Source of the DNA: Lingula anatina
Taxonomy: Eukaryota; Animalia; Brachiopoda
Length of the DNA: 64,000 nucleotides
Reading direction: 5' to 3'
NCBI GenBank assembly: GCA_051362555.1
Contig: CM120649.1
Coordinates: 3,720,001-3,784,000 of the forward strand
Below are positions 24,020 through 36,634 of the stretch, in pieces (positions within the stretch are counted from its first letter, which is position 1; the number at the start of each line of letters is the position of its first letter). Both the position numbers and the translations under genes were made by a program. The notes under the pieces were generated by a model that made no database searches, was not told where the DNA came from, and saw only the letters and a list, made by a program, of their open reading frames with translations.

Positions 24020-24036
24020 CCCACCGTAATGAAGAC
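23928..24036 (-). ncRNA. U6: U6 spliceosomal snRNA (variant, +G in ISL)
   Basis: Reverse complement GTCTTCATTACGGTGGGACATATACTAAAATTGGAACGATACAGAGAAGATTAGCATGGCCCCTGGCGCAAGGATGACACGCACATTCGTGAAGCGTTCCATATTTTTT. Has the ACAGAGA box, AGC triad and oligo-T terminator. Confidence 0.95.
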
Positions 24037-24054
24037 GTTGACTACCTTTCAATT

Positions 24055-24122
24055 TTCTAAAAATATAGTGGTGAAATGCAAGATGGCGGCTTAGATGAGT
24101 GACGCTTTCAAATACGCTAATT
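24055..24122 (-). promoter_or_regulatory. U6 upstream promoter (TATA-like, PSE-like and CGCTAATT elements)
   Basis: CAAGATGGCG (plus strand) starts exactly 43 nt upstream of +1 in all three intact copies (24079, 25019, 38587) and is followed by AG(G/A)TGAG. An AT-rich box lies near -25 to -30, and CGCTAATT begins at -79 to -88. Confidence 0.75.
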
Positions 24123-24866
24123 ACTCAGCTAATATAGCTTCTTTCAAGTATAGCCGCACAACATTTCACAGATATCAAATGTAACATCTTAATGATAAAT
24201 TTAACCTTATTTGATATAAAAAAAGAAGTATTTAATTTTACCTTATTACCCTTACGGTGACTGCAATCTTTACTGAGTATACATAGTACTGTGTCGCCAT
24301 ATAGCCGTGATCACGTGGCACCTCCCCCCCCCCTCCCCGCTTCAACGCCATCCCCGTCAAACAGTCAACAGTCGAACGGCTTAGGGAAATAGGCCTATGT
24401 CAAAAACTATATGCAGTTCCATCCTAGTCCAATATCCACGTGATTCGATCTTTGAAGCTTCTCAATAACCTAAAAAGAACTGTCCAAAAAGTTGCATATT
24501 AACGAGTGTGATATAGCTGTAAAATGAAGTTATACTTCCGGCAAACGGAGTTTAATCTACAGCGACACCACAAGCAAAATGGTGTGATTAAAAGTTCGGG
24601 AATGAAGTGGTGCAAAGCATGACTTCATACATCACGTAAATTATCTTATTTTTAGAAATTGAAATATGATTGAACATGCATTGATTTATTTGTGCAAAAT
24701 TTATTATATCATATTAACGTGCTTTTTCCGTAAAAAAAAAGAAAATGGAATAATAACCTTTATATAGATCTCGTTAAAGGATTTACAATTCCCCTTTCAG
24801 GTCTACACTAGAAGCTAAGTATGTACTGAAAGAAACGCAGATTATACTTTCTTTTTTCTTAAGGTT

Positions 24867-24919
24867 AAAAAAATATGGAACGCTTCACGAATGTGCGTGT
24901 CATCCTTGCGCCAGGGGCC

Positions 24920-24959
<40 letters not shown>

Positions 24960-24976
24960 CCCACCGTAGTGAAGAC
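24867..24976 (-). ncRNA. U6: U6 spliceosomal snRNA (variant, +G in ISL)
   Basis: Same body as 23928-24036. The 5' stem-loop is GTCTTCAC-TACG-GTGGGAC, the terminator is T7, and the upstream elements are conserved. Confidence 0.95.
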
Positions 24977-26766
24977 ATACAGGATACTTCCTTTCTGTCT
25001 ATATGTAGTGGTGACATACAAGATGGCGACCGAGGTGAGGGATTCTATCTAAAACATAATTTCGCTAATTATTTTGCCAATTTAACTAGTACCGCCTTAA
25101 ATCAAAACAGGCACATTTTTTCTTAAAACGGTTTTGGCAGATTTTATATATCTTTAATCTAACATTTCTTCAAACAAATATATTTCATTTCAACTATTTT
25201 CCACTCTGTGCCTTTACCTATAAAATCACACCAGAATATGCCAGTAAGTTACAATGCACTAACATCAATTTCTAACAATACATTACACTAATATTAATGA
25301 CTACATAATAATTCACCAAAGAATTTTCTTTATTTATTAACCGTAGGCGTTTATGCTTTATATAAAGGCCCATTCCCAATGCAACTAGCGTTCTATGTAG
25401 ATCGATCCAACTCAGCGGGGACTCTCGCTGAATGCAATCAGATCAACAAATTAACACACATCTTGTTTACAACGTACTCGCATAATCAGCAGCTTCTGTC
25501 TTCTACTTTGGGAAGGAGCCCTAATTAGACTTTTAGATAATGTATATATGGTACTCTGAATTTTGGAAGACGAGATACTGTGATGGGGGGGGGGGGGGGG
25601 ATATAAAGATAATATAATATTCTCAGCATTCTGTAAACTCATATGCAGACCCAGGAGTTTTCTGAGAAAGAAAATTATGTTGGTTGCTGTTTTCGAACCC
25701 GTCAGCAGGAGTTCCTAAGCATTTTTGTAAATCACAGTGAATAATATTTATTTATTCTAGCTATATGTTAGAGCAATCAAACAAGTTTTATGGATCTTTA
25801 ATAGCAGCTATTTTCTGCTTCATGTTCATGTTTAATTCAGGACATTGTTACATCGACTTGTGTTTATCTGTGGCTTTCGTGTGCAAAATGAATAAATAAA
25901 CACATCACCGAGTCACGTGACAGGTGTCGACAGGAGCAGTGTTTCACATCGGCAAAATATTTGTTTTCAAGGAATACCTGGCAAATGTCTGGTGTAAACA
26001 CAGTAGAACACCGATAAAAAACGATGAGTTCTGTAATTAACCCTGTAATTAAAAGTAATCAAGATTTAATCGTCCCTACCGCGTCCCTTAAGTATTTGTA
26101 AGTTGGATGTTAGGAAGAGCGTTCGAGAGAGCTGGAAGGATCAGATTTGGAGAACATACACTGTACAAGACTGCTCTGAGAGACGGAGTGTAAAGAAGTT
26201 GCAGACTTCACATCAAGTTCAATTTATAGAAGTTTAGGACATTCACTTCATATTTATAAAAAGTTCATTGCAATGTATTTAATAAGGAAATGTGGACATT
26301 TAAGAAAACAGGTACCTTTTAAGAAACAATTAATGTTTCATGAACAGATTTAGAATTATTGTCTTTTGCCATTATCTTCATGTACACACATTCATACAAT
26401 ACATACATACCTGTACATACATATAATTTTAATTTATTCGGCTACAAATAGGATTACAAGAGCAATACATTTTAATCATCGTCGCGAGCGCACAGTGTAC
26501 CATAACATAACGACACGTGCATGTAGGTGCTCGGTTGCATAATGTTGCCTAATGTATCTTAAATGTGCTTTAAGAAGTTGTGTCATTGTCATTATCAATA
26601 CATTAAAAATTGCTTAGCACAGAAAATAGAGGGATTAAAAGCAAAGAAAACTTATAAGTAAATTATGTTTTTAAGTAGAATTTCATTCATGGTTCGGGCT
26701 TTTAATGTTTTTTATGTTTTCTCTAAATTCTGTAAATAACTATGCCCCATTTTGAAGGCTGCTAAG

Positions 26767-29609
26767 ATGGTCGACACACCGCCGAATACCCCTGCACTAA
26801 AAACTGCAGAACAAGGCGGGTATCCCAATGACGGATTTGAGAACGATACAATAGACGGTGAGTTGCAAGATGACAACTCTGATTGTGACGTAAAAGACAA
26901 TAGTTTTAAACATCTTGATGAATTAAGGGAGATAGGTGCAGTAGAAGAAAATGGCTATTCAGGTAATTTGTTTGACTAGTTTAAAGTCAACCGACTAGTT
27001 CTCCAAACGTTTAAAAGTTTTCCGGTAAATGACTCACTTGCCTTCTCTATACTTGGCGTCAAAACGCAATGGGTTCCATGCTGAATGTCTCAGCAGACAT
27101 TTCCAGCATTTAGTTTTAAAGATTGACATGTTCTTGAAAAGGAAAATATGTCATATAAAGGACTCTTAATACACGCATGGTAGTAACTCTCTCCACTTTT
27201 AAAAGAGTGCTTTAAATATGACGTCAGTTTAACTTTCCTCATTTGAAATCACTTGGTGAAAAACGTTAACCCACCCATCAAGGTCTAAAAAATTATAATC
27301 GGTATTTATTCAGAAACAGCAATTGTTATATATCCGCATGTAAAAAAAGTTTAGTGAACACTGTGCTTTTTATTACAGATAAACCAATCAGGCTGGGTTC
27401 AGCGACTGGATCGAGCTTTACAGACTCAAAAAGAGCGTCGATTGAAGGGAGCCCCAGAGTTCAAACCGACAGCTGCATGGATTGGTTGGTAGTCTTGGCG
27501 TCCTTCTTAACTCACTTTATCGTGTGCGGCATTTTATACTCATTTGGTGTGTTTTATATCACTCTGCTAAATGAATTCGAAGAAACCAAGTCAGCGACGT
27601 CTTGGGTTGGCTCCATTCAAATAGCTCTTAGCTGGATCATGGGTACGGTATAGTTTACGCATGCGCTAATACGGTTCACAGAGTTACGCAAACTACACTG
27701 TAGGAAGTGTTATCGATAATATTAACAATCGAAACCTAACAATTGGTTTACAGCTGTTTGAACGATCTTATTCCAATACAGTGAAGGTCGGCCAAGTTAA
27801 TATCTCTTAATATTTCTCTCTTTTGGCAGAGACAAAGTGTGTCTGTGAAAGAGAGTGATAGACTGAGAAAGAGTTACTTCAGCATTAAACATCATGAAAG
27901 ATTCAAAGCCTATGACGCACACTGATTATCCATTTTAGGTCCAATAGCAAGCTCCCTATCAGATAAAATTGGACACCGAGCTGTTGGAGTCATTGGTTCT
28001 GTTCTCGCTGCGACGGGGATTGGCGTGAGTTCGTTAGCGTCTAATGTGTACTTGCTGTATTTTACATTTGGAGTTATCTCTGGTATCGGTTTCGCACTGA
28101 TGTATTTTCCAAGCATTGTCTCAGTTCAGGATCATTTTGAGAAGAGGAAAAGTGTAGCTATGGGAATTGCAGTGTGCGGATCAGGTGTTGGGACATTTTC
28201 AATGGCACCCCTTATAGAATATCTTATTGAAAGCATAACCTGGAGGTACGCTCTTCTCGTACTGGCTGGCTGTCTTCTTTTAGGGATTGGCTTGAACATG
28301 CTGTTTGTGCCACCTAAATTAATAAACAAGGAGGAAAATGAGACAGAACAGACCTTGTCAAGCAACGATAAAACGGTCATGTTCTTCAAAAGCATGTTCC
28401 ACATCTCTTTGCTACGAAGAGTTGATGTTGTCCTGTGGCTAGTGTGCAATTTGATAATCCAAATAGGGCTCGTAGTTCCATACACTTACATACCAGATAA
28501 AGCTGTAGATGTGGGGATAGAAGTGAAGAACGCAGCGTTCCTGATGTCCATTGTAGGTATTGCTAACACAGTGGGCCGAGTCGTAATGGGTCTGTTTGCT
28601 GACTTCCGGTGCGCTAACAGGCGATATATGCTTGGGATAAGTGTTATGATTACAGGGGTCATGGTTGTCATATTGCCCTTTATGAAGGAGTACGGTGTGA
28701 TTGCAACGGTGTGCACCTTTTACGGGTTATCCCTTGGTAAGTGGAATTCTGATCATCGTGTTCAACTCTTTCTTGCATAGCTTTTGCTATGGCATAAAAT
28801 ACTGAGTGTCCATATAAAGAAAACGCTGCATCTTCCACACGAATCACTACACACAGTCTTCCCGATAGGTTCTGACCATATGCATATAAAATGCTATTGC
28901 TTATAACCTCCCTCCTCATCAGTTAAGCTCCCTGATGACCAATGCACGATGCAGTATTTAATTATTTCACCTCCTGTCTTGCTGCAATAATGGAACACTT
29001 TACAGCAATAAAGAAATAGTTTACATTACACGCAAGTTAAAGTATTTCTGCTCGTTCTACAGGTAGCTTTTTCTCCCTGTCACCAGTTGTTCTGAGAGAT
29101 TTAGTAGGCATTGAGAAACTTGGACCTTCATTTGGACTTACCATGTTAGCCACTGGTTTGGGGTGCCTACTGTTATCGGCTGGAGGTATGTGACCAAATG
29201 TCTTTTCTTTCTGGATACATATTTGTAATAGAACTTTGTATGGGTGTATACTATGTATATTATTTTTCTGAAGCGATACAAAAATGCCATTTGGTACAAA
29301 CTGATAGGTGATATGTTGTTTATAATAACATATAATTAATTATAAATAAATTAATTAATTCTGTATGAATGCTGACACCAGGTAACTGCCGTAACTTTAA
29401 ATACACTTTTAAGGTAATTAAAAACACTTTATTTTGTTTCAGGCAGTTTGTACGATTTAACCGGCTCCTACGACGTCACTTTTTATATTACTGGCTCGCT
29501 GTTATTCGTTGCCGGTGGAACTGTTCTGTTGTTGCCATGGATACGTGAACTCCAAGGGCGATGTTGTTACCATGGCAGCGCAAATATCACCACAGAAACA
29601 GAACCTTGA
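26767..29609 (+). CDS. Monocarboxylate transporter family (SLC16/MCT, MFS) paralog A, 515 aa
   Basis: Exons 26767-26962, 27379-27642, 27939-28736, 29063-29185, 29443-29609 (all phase 1, 1548 nt). SLC16-type motifs WLVVLASF, SFGVFY, TSWVGSI, HFEKRKSVAMGIAVCGSGVG, GIANTVGR, LYDLTGSYDVTF. Confidence 0.92.
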
Positions 29610-30631
29610 CACTATAGCAAATGCCAATTTAGGAGGAGAAGTGCAAAAATCTTATATTGTTGTTAGTTTTATAATTGCATGGCCTTCCATGAGACTGGTT
29701 ATTTTTACTCCTCTGTTGTCCTATTTTTTTTTTAGATTTAGTAAATCAAATGATGTTATGAAGTAGTTTCGACCTTTCATTTAATATGAAACACTAGGGT
29801 TACATCGAAGACACAGTGGCTTTAAAGTAAAATGTTGGATTGCATAGGATGGTTTGTAAATTTCGAATAATTTGTTGAATAATACTATTCGTGGATATGT
29901 TATCGAGGCAATATTTTTGAAACGTGCCCAATTCTAAAGAAATCTGATATATAATAGAATAAAACTTTAAATATGATATATCCATTTCAATATTAAAGGA
30001 ACTCATCGATCAAGGGAACGTGTTTGCAAAATGCTGAGCTACACTTGTATATATATACATAAAAGCACTGGCGTGAATCAAAATCGGGCAAATCGAGTCT
30101 TATGTTTACCGTTTAACACAAGAACCTGGTCCTAATTTTTATTGAGTACCAATCGAAATTCTCGATTTTCCCCTCAAGGGTATTAGAAAATGTTGGTGCC
30201 AGTCAACCCGGTTGAATATTCAATGAAACCGTAAAGTGTCATAGTGTAAAGGTATAGCTCTGAACTCAATTCCACGTCAGTCCAACAGTCTCTGGGAATG
30301 AAGTTCCAATCTAGTTAAATATATCTCTCTATATAGTTCTTTAAAGCTTTTAAGTGACCTCGGAAGTAATTGGTTGTGAAACATGACTTCAAACCCAATG
30401 TACATGTAAATAATCGTATATTACAATAAAAACTAATGATAAATAAAAAAGAAATCATGCAACATTTATTGTATTTTTGACTAGTTTAACAAAATGATCT
30501 CCTTCTACACGACTAGGAAATAATAAAAGAAAAAAAATATGCAGATATATTTAAAAGATTTCCCGGGTTATATAATTATACTGGTAGCTAAGTATAAGAT
30601 ACACATATCGCTCTATGTTAACCTTAATTTG

Positions 30632-30731
30632 AAAAATATGGAACGCTTCACAAATGTGCGTGTCATCCTTGCGCCATGCTAATCTTCTCTGTATCGTTCC
30701 AACTTTAGTATACGTTCCACCGTAGTTAGAC
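30632..30731 (-). pseudogene. U6: U6 snRNA pseudogene
   Basis: U6 body with a 7-nt deletion relative to its neighbours, removing the 5' ISL strand (AGCATGGCGCAAGG). Several substitutions, and no CAAGATGGCG element at -43. Confidence 0.9.
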
Positions 30732-31150
30732 CTTGCGTAGGTCTGGTACGAACTGTTCAATATTTGGATTGCATTTTGTGCTAAGTCAGTTGAAAAGGTA
30801 ATGTCCTATTTCCAGCCCAAGCTTGACTGAATTTGTAAAATAACTTGTTTCTCAAGCTCCGCCGACCTCAAAATGGCCAAAGTAAATAAAAATTGAAACC
30901 AAAACTATTTGTATTTTTTCCCCGACGTCCGACTGATCGTACTGTTCGATCAGAACAGGGAATTATATCGGAAACACGAAACCTCACAAGTTTCACGGGA
31001 CTCCCGCGTCACATGACTGCCAACAAGTTCAAAACGAAGGGCATTTAAGCCAAAGTAAACGATTGATTCATTTCCCCCAGCTAACGGTTTTTAAGCCAAT
31101 CGATGCTTGGCTGATATTTTACACTGCATGTGTAAAATTTAAAATGCAGC

Positions 31151-32530
31151 ATGGCGGGAGACGCATACTCGAGTAGCTGTCTCTACTTAAGCAGGAAATT
31201 GACCACTGTTGTGTGACTCAGTGTTATAGTGAAGGAAGGATCAAAGATATTATGCAAAAATGTCTGTCCGGCCAGTGTTACAGACGTTTTAGACAATTTT
31301 ATTGACTGCTATTTGTCAGAAATGAAAATATCAACTGCAACACTTGTCACGTGTGGAAGGTTTCAACAGGGAGCAAAAATAGGTTCTGAACTGAATGTAA
31401 GAATGCCGGTCACTACGGTGGTAGATATTGACATTAAGTGCATTCAGATAACAGTTGGCAGTGAACACCTAAAGAGGCAGGCTCAACTTAAGTCTCCGAG
31501 AGCATCCAAATACAGAGCGCATTGGATTTTTAATGCAGCACTCGCGTAGGCCTACTTCTGAAAGTCTCCAGAAATGATGTGAGTATTTTTTTTCGTTTTA
31601 TCAGTCTAAAGTGTAATAGTTTTTTAAGGTGAATATATTTTAGGCATTGTTATGTTGGTAAATAAATGTCCGTTTTTGCACTTTCACAAAAACGTATGTT
31701 AAATGCTAATTGCTCGCTCACAACAGCAGATGTTTCTATACTGAAGCAACGTGTCTTTGCCATTTTTTAATTAAATTAAGGCAGGTAATAGCTGTTAATT
31801 ATCATTTGCTTTGGAAAATGAGCCTGTCAACATGAATTCATAGTTCAGTTAAGTTTTCCACCAAGTTTTTAATGCGTATATAGATATTAAGGTTAACTAG
31901 GCCCGTAGCCAGCAATTTCAAAAGAGGGTTCTTTTTCTGAAAAAGTGGACCATTTACCATAAAACCTTCATGCACCTAGATCAATTTTGACCCAGAGCAG
32001 ACCTTTTTCCTGATAACAGGGCGGTTTATTCAATTATATTAAATAAGTTATGTTGTTGCTGCCATTTAGATTTAATAAAAATTAAGACCACTGTTCCATA
32101 ACAGGCCATATTACCCTTGCTGGTTTTTGTATTTTTAACAATCTGGCTAAGCAATTGTTTGCTGTCTTTTGAATTGTACAATTCCTATGCAGCTAACAGA
32201 AGGCACATATCCAACTCAGTTAACTTATCTGAAATAATTTTGTTCAGTTTTCAGTGAATCCCCAAGTAATGCAAGACAGACAATGTAAAATTCCGTCTCG
32301 CAAGTAGTGGAAGACCTTTATGTTGTTTTTCGGGCTGGACAAGCCAAAAATCTTGGAAAACGCATAGCAGAGACACTGACAGAGGAGCTATGGTATAGAA
32401 GCCCATATGCAGGGAGAGACTGGCTAGCTTAGTGCAGCTGCCATAGTGACCATTTAAGGAAGGCCTTTTTACAAGATGGTTCTCAAATTTATTGAAAGAT
32501 TCAAAGGTCTGAAATATAGCCTGTTTGGAT
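31151..32530 (+). pseudogene. Decayed spliced gene of unknown family, possibly transposon-borne
   Basis: Protein-like but interrupted frames: VKEGSKILCKNVCPASVTDVLDNFID... with a donor gtgagt near 31578, then an acceptor tttcag near 32254 followed by ESPSNARQTM*NSVSQVVEDLYVVFRAGQAKNLGKRIAETLTEELWYRSP. Stops and frameshifts are present. Family not identified. Confidence 0.35.
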
Positions 32531-33278
32531 TCTTTTTATGGAAGTAAAGCTGTTTTTGTGAAATGGTCATTTTTCACATACATGTATCGGTGTTTTCAGT
32601 GTGGGACTTGGAACTCACATGGGCACAAAGCCATATTGTTTCTGGATGGCCATATTACATGAAGTAGATGATTTAAATTTGGTGATGATTTTCCACTTAA
32701 TCATTAAAGCATACATAAAATTGCATCATGATCGACAAAAAACTGTTTTGTGCACTGCCATCATGAATGCATAGAAAGGCAAACTGTGTTTTTTGTTTTG
32801 TAATTTTCAACAATGATTCAGACAAATAAAACACTGAAAAGGAATTGCTGTTTGTATCCAAAAATTCTGTGTTAAAACCAGTATTTACCATTGTCTAATG
32901 AAGTTTTGAAAATGAGTGACCAAAAGGTCATTATTTTGAAAAATATTTTTTATCCCCCCCCCCTCTGACCTCTGACAAAAATAAAACTTGTTTGAGAAAC
33001 AAGTAATTAAAAAAACCGCCTAACATAACGACACGTAGGTGCTTGGCTAAATAATGTTGCCTAATGTTTCTAAAATGTGCTTTAAGAAGTAGCGTCATTG
33101 TCGTTATCAATGCATTAAAATATAGTGGGATTAAAGGCAAAGAAAACTTCCTTTTAAATATATGCGCCTGTTCTCTGTTTTTTAAATAGAATTCCATTCA
33201 TGTTTTGACATTTTTATGTTTTTGATGTTTTTTCTATATTCTGTAAACAACTTTGCTTCATTTTTGGAAGCTGCTAAG

Positions 33279-36200
33279 ATGGTCGACTCATCGCCGAATA
33301 CCCCTGCACTAAAAACTGCAGAACAAGACTGGTATACCAATGACGGATTTGAGAACGATACAGTAGGCGGCCACTCCCATGATGACAACTCTGATGGTGA
33401 TGAAAATGAAATTAGTTCTAAACATATTGAGGAATTAAGCGAGAGAGGCGCAGGAGAAGAAAATGGCTATTCAGGTAATTTATTTGACTAGTTTATAGGT
33501 TTTTCTGTTACATTACTTTGGTGCAGTTTGAGAAGCGTTTCACTCAATGAATCACGCACTTGCTTCTGAAGTATTCGCCCTCAGTTCTTGTCGTCACAAC
33601 GCTATTGGTCCTATACTGAATGTCTGACTGAATGTCTGGGTAGACGTTTTCTGCTTTAAGTATTTAAGTTTGACTTGTTCTTGCAAAAAAAGTGTTCTTA
33701 GTGCTCACGCGGTTGTATTTCTCTCAACTTTAGGGTGTTTTAAATAGGACTTCAGTCGTTAAACTTTCCTCCTTTGAAATCAAATCACTTGGTCACTTGG
33801 CGAAAAATACTTTGTGCTTTTGTACAGGTAAACAAAGCAAGCTGACATTAGAGTCGCCTTCGTGGAGCTTTCCAGACTCAAAGCGAGCGTCGATTGAAAG
33901 GAGTCCCAGAGTTCAAACCGACCGCTGCATCGATTGGCTGGTAGTCTTGGCGTCCTTCTTTATTCACTTTATTGTGGGCGGGATTTTGAATTCTTTCGGT
34001 GTGTTTTACATCACCCTGCTAAATGAGTTTGAAGAAAGCAAGTCAGCGACGTCTTGGGTTGGCTCCATTCAAGTAGCTGTGACCTGGGGTATGGGTACGG
34101 TATATTTTACGCATGCGCTGAAACCATTCAAATTTACAGATTTGATCTCAAAATCCCTAAAGTTGTACATTGTCGATGATTCATGTTGATATAAAATGAA
34201 TACTTTGAATAAGTGCGCTCTCTAATTATAGAGTTAGTTCAAACCATAATATATGACATTTTATTAAACAAATCAAAGGGGATAAGATATTTCGAATAAA
34301 CATTTAAGGTCCAATAGCAAGCGCCCTATCTGACAAAATTGGACACCGGGCTGTTGGAGTCATTGGATCTGTTCTCGCTGCGACGGGGTTTGGCGTGAGT
34401 TCATTAGCATCGAATTTGCCGTTCCTTATTCTAACATACGGGGTCATGTCTGGTCTCGGATTGGCACTGATGTGGTTTCCAGGCATTGTCTCCGTTCAGG
34501 ATCATTTTAACAAGAGGAAAAGTTTAGCCATGGGAGTTGCAGTGTGCGGATCAGGCGTTGGGATATTTGCTATGGCACCCTGTATAGAAATTCTGATTAA
34601 AACCATTTCTTGGAGATACGCTCTTCTTGTTCTGGCAGGGGCGTCTCTTTCAGGAGTTGGCTTCAGCATTTTGCTTTTTCCGCCGGAATTAAAATTCAAC
34701 GAGGGGATTGAGAAAGAGCCAACCTTATCCTTCACTGACAAAACGAGAAAGTGTTCCAAAAACATGTTCCATATCTCCCTACTACGAAGAGCTGATGTTG
34801 TCGTGTGGCTATTGTGTCATTTAATCATCCAGATAGGGTTCGTAGTGTTACGCACGTATATACCAGATATAGCTGTAGGTGTGGGGATAGAAGTAAATAA
34901 CGCGGCGTTCTTGGTCTCCATCGTAGGCATTACTAGCACGGTGAGTCGAGTCGTGATGGGTGTAATTGCAGACTTTCGGTGCGCTAACAGGCGATATATG
35001 CTTGGGACCAGTGTTATGATTGCAGGGGTTATGGTTGCCATACTGCCGTTTATGAAGGAGTACGGCGTGATTGCAACAGTGTGCACGTTTTACGGGTTAT
35101 CATTTGGTGAGTGGATTTAAGATGATATTTTTTATTCATTCTTACTTATATTGTGTAAAAGCATGGTTATAGACAACTAACAAAAGTATAGAAGTTGTAT
35201 TTTTCACACAAATCACTACTACATGCAAGTACATGTATACATGGACACACGAGGTATTTCTTATTGCATTTGAATTTCTATATAACTATAGGGCGACGTT
35301 GCGTTTGTATATTGGTGTACATTAAAAAATGTAACAGCAAAAATAAAACCAGGAAATCCATCTATAATATTCTGCTTTCATTTGCATAACTCATTGGTGT
35401 CTAACATACCGGATACAGTCTTTCTCTCTCTCTACATCTCAGTCATATTTTATTTTATCATATCTTCCCAGCATAATATCATCTTCTTCGCTTGATGGTA
35501 TGTTTGACAAAGAAAAGACAATCTGCAATTTGTAAACACTCCGATCAACGCTAGTAGTAAGCGGACAAACGCACAATAAAAGTACATTTTTTTCTTGATA
35601 AAATGTATCAACATAAACCTCCTACACACCACACAAGTAAAAAAATCTGTTCTTCTTACAGGCACCATTATCTCCCTGACTGCTGTTGTTCTGAGAGATC
35701 TAGTCGGCATCGAGAAACTTGGACCTGCATTTGGACTTACCATGCTAGCCAAAGGTTTGGGTTCCCTCTTGTTATCTGCTGGAGGTATGTAGCGAAATAG
35801 GATAGAGAGAATTGACTTATCCTTTTTTGCTTTGCAAGGCATATGTTCATAGTAGAAATGGTTAAGTATATATATATATATATATTGTTTGACAAAATAA
35901 TAAATATATATATATATATTGTTTGACAAAATAATAAATTAATTATAATGATAACAAAAAAAAAAAAAAAGAAAGAAAAAGAAAAAAAAAAAACACACAC
36001 ACACACACACACACTCGGAGAGCACAAACCTCCAAGGACTTCACCTGTAAGAAATTACAGACAATTGACAATGCATGTGCTTAGAAACACTTTCGAGAAA
36101 GATATATATCTAAATATATATTTAAATTACAAAACAGACTAAAGACGTACTCCTTGGTCAATTTGTGGCCTATCGTGAAAACGTTATCAAAATCCGTTCG

Positions 36201-36634
36201 TGACTTATTTTGCACGAGGCTGAATACAGTCAAACAAGCAAACAAACAAACACACTACAGTAACAGCACCAAAAACATACACTGTGTAACTTCCTTGTCG
36301 GGGGTAATAATAATAACAATAAAGAAGATAAATACAGTCATTATGTATGTTGAAAATCTATCCAATTTTATTTTCTACATCATACCTGATTTTGTCACGC
36401 CAGGCATTTAAATACATTTGTTTTAGAAGAAATGTATCTAAAATAATTAATGACATTTTTATTTCAGGTAGTTTGTATGATTTATTCGGCTCCTATGATG
36501 TCACCTTTTATATCACCGGATCTCTTTTATTCGTTGCCGGTGGAATTCTTTTATTGTTGCCATGGATACGTGAGCTCCAGGGGCGATGTTGTTACCATGG
36601 CAGCGCAAATATCACCACAGAAACTGGGCTTTGA
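33279..36634 (+). CDS. Monocarboxylate transporter family (SLC16/MCT, MFS) paralog B, 516 aa
   Basis: Exons 33279-33474, 33828-34094, 34309-35106, 35662-35784, 36468-36634 (1551 nt). Same intron positions and phases as paralog A. The exon 3 acceptor is weak (catttaag). Confidence 0.88.

Noticed and set aside
27910-28716. Several minus-strand ORFs, mirrored at 34304-35086
   Set aside because: Antisense shadows of the MCT coding exons.
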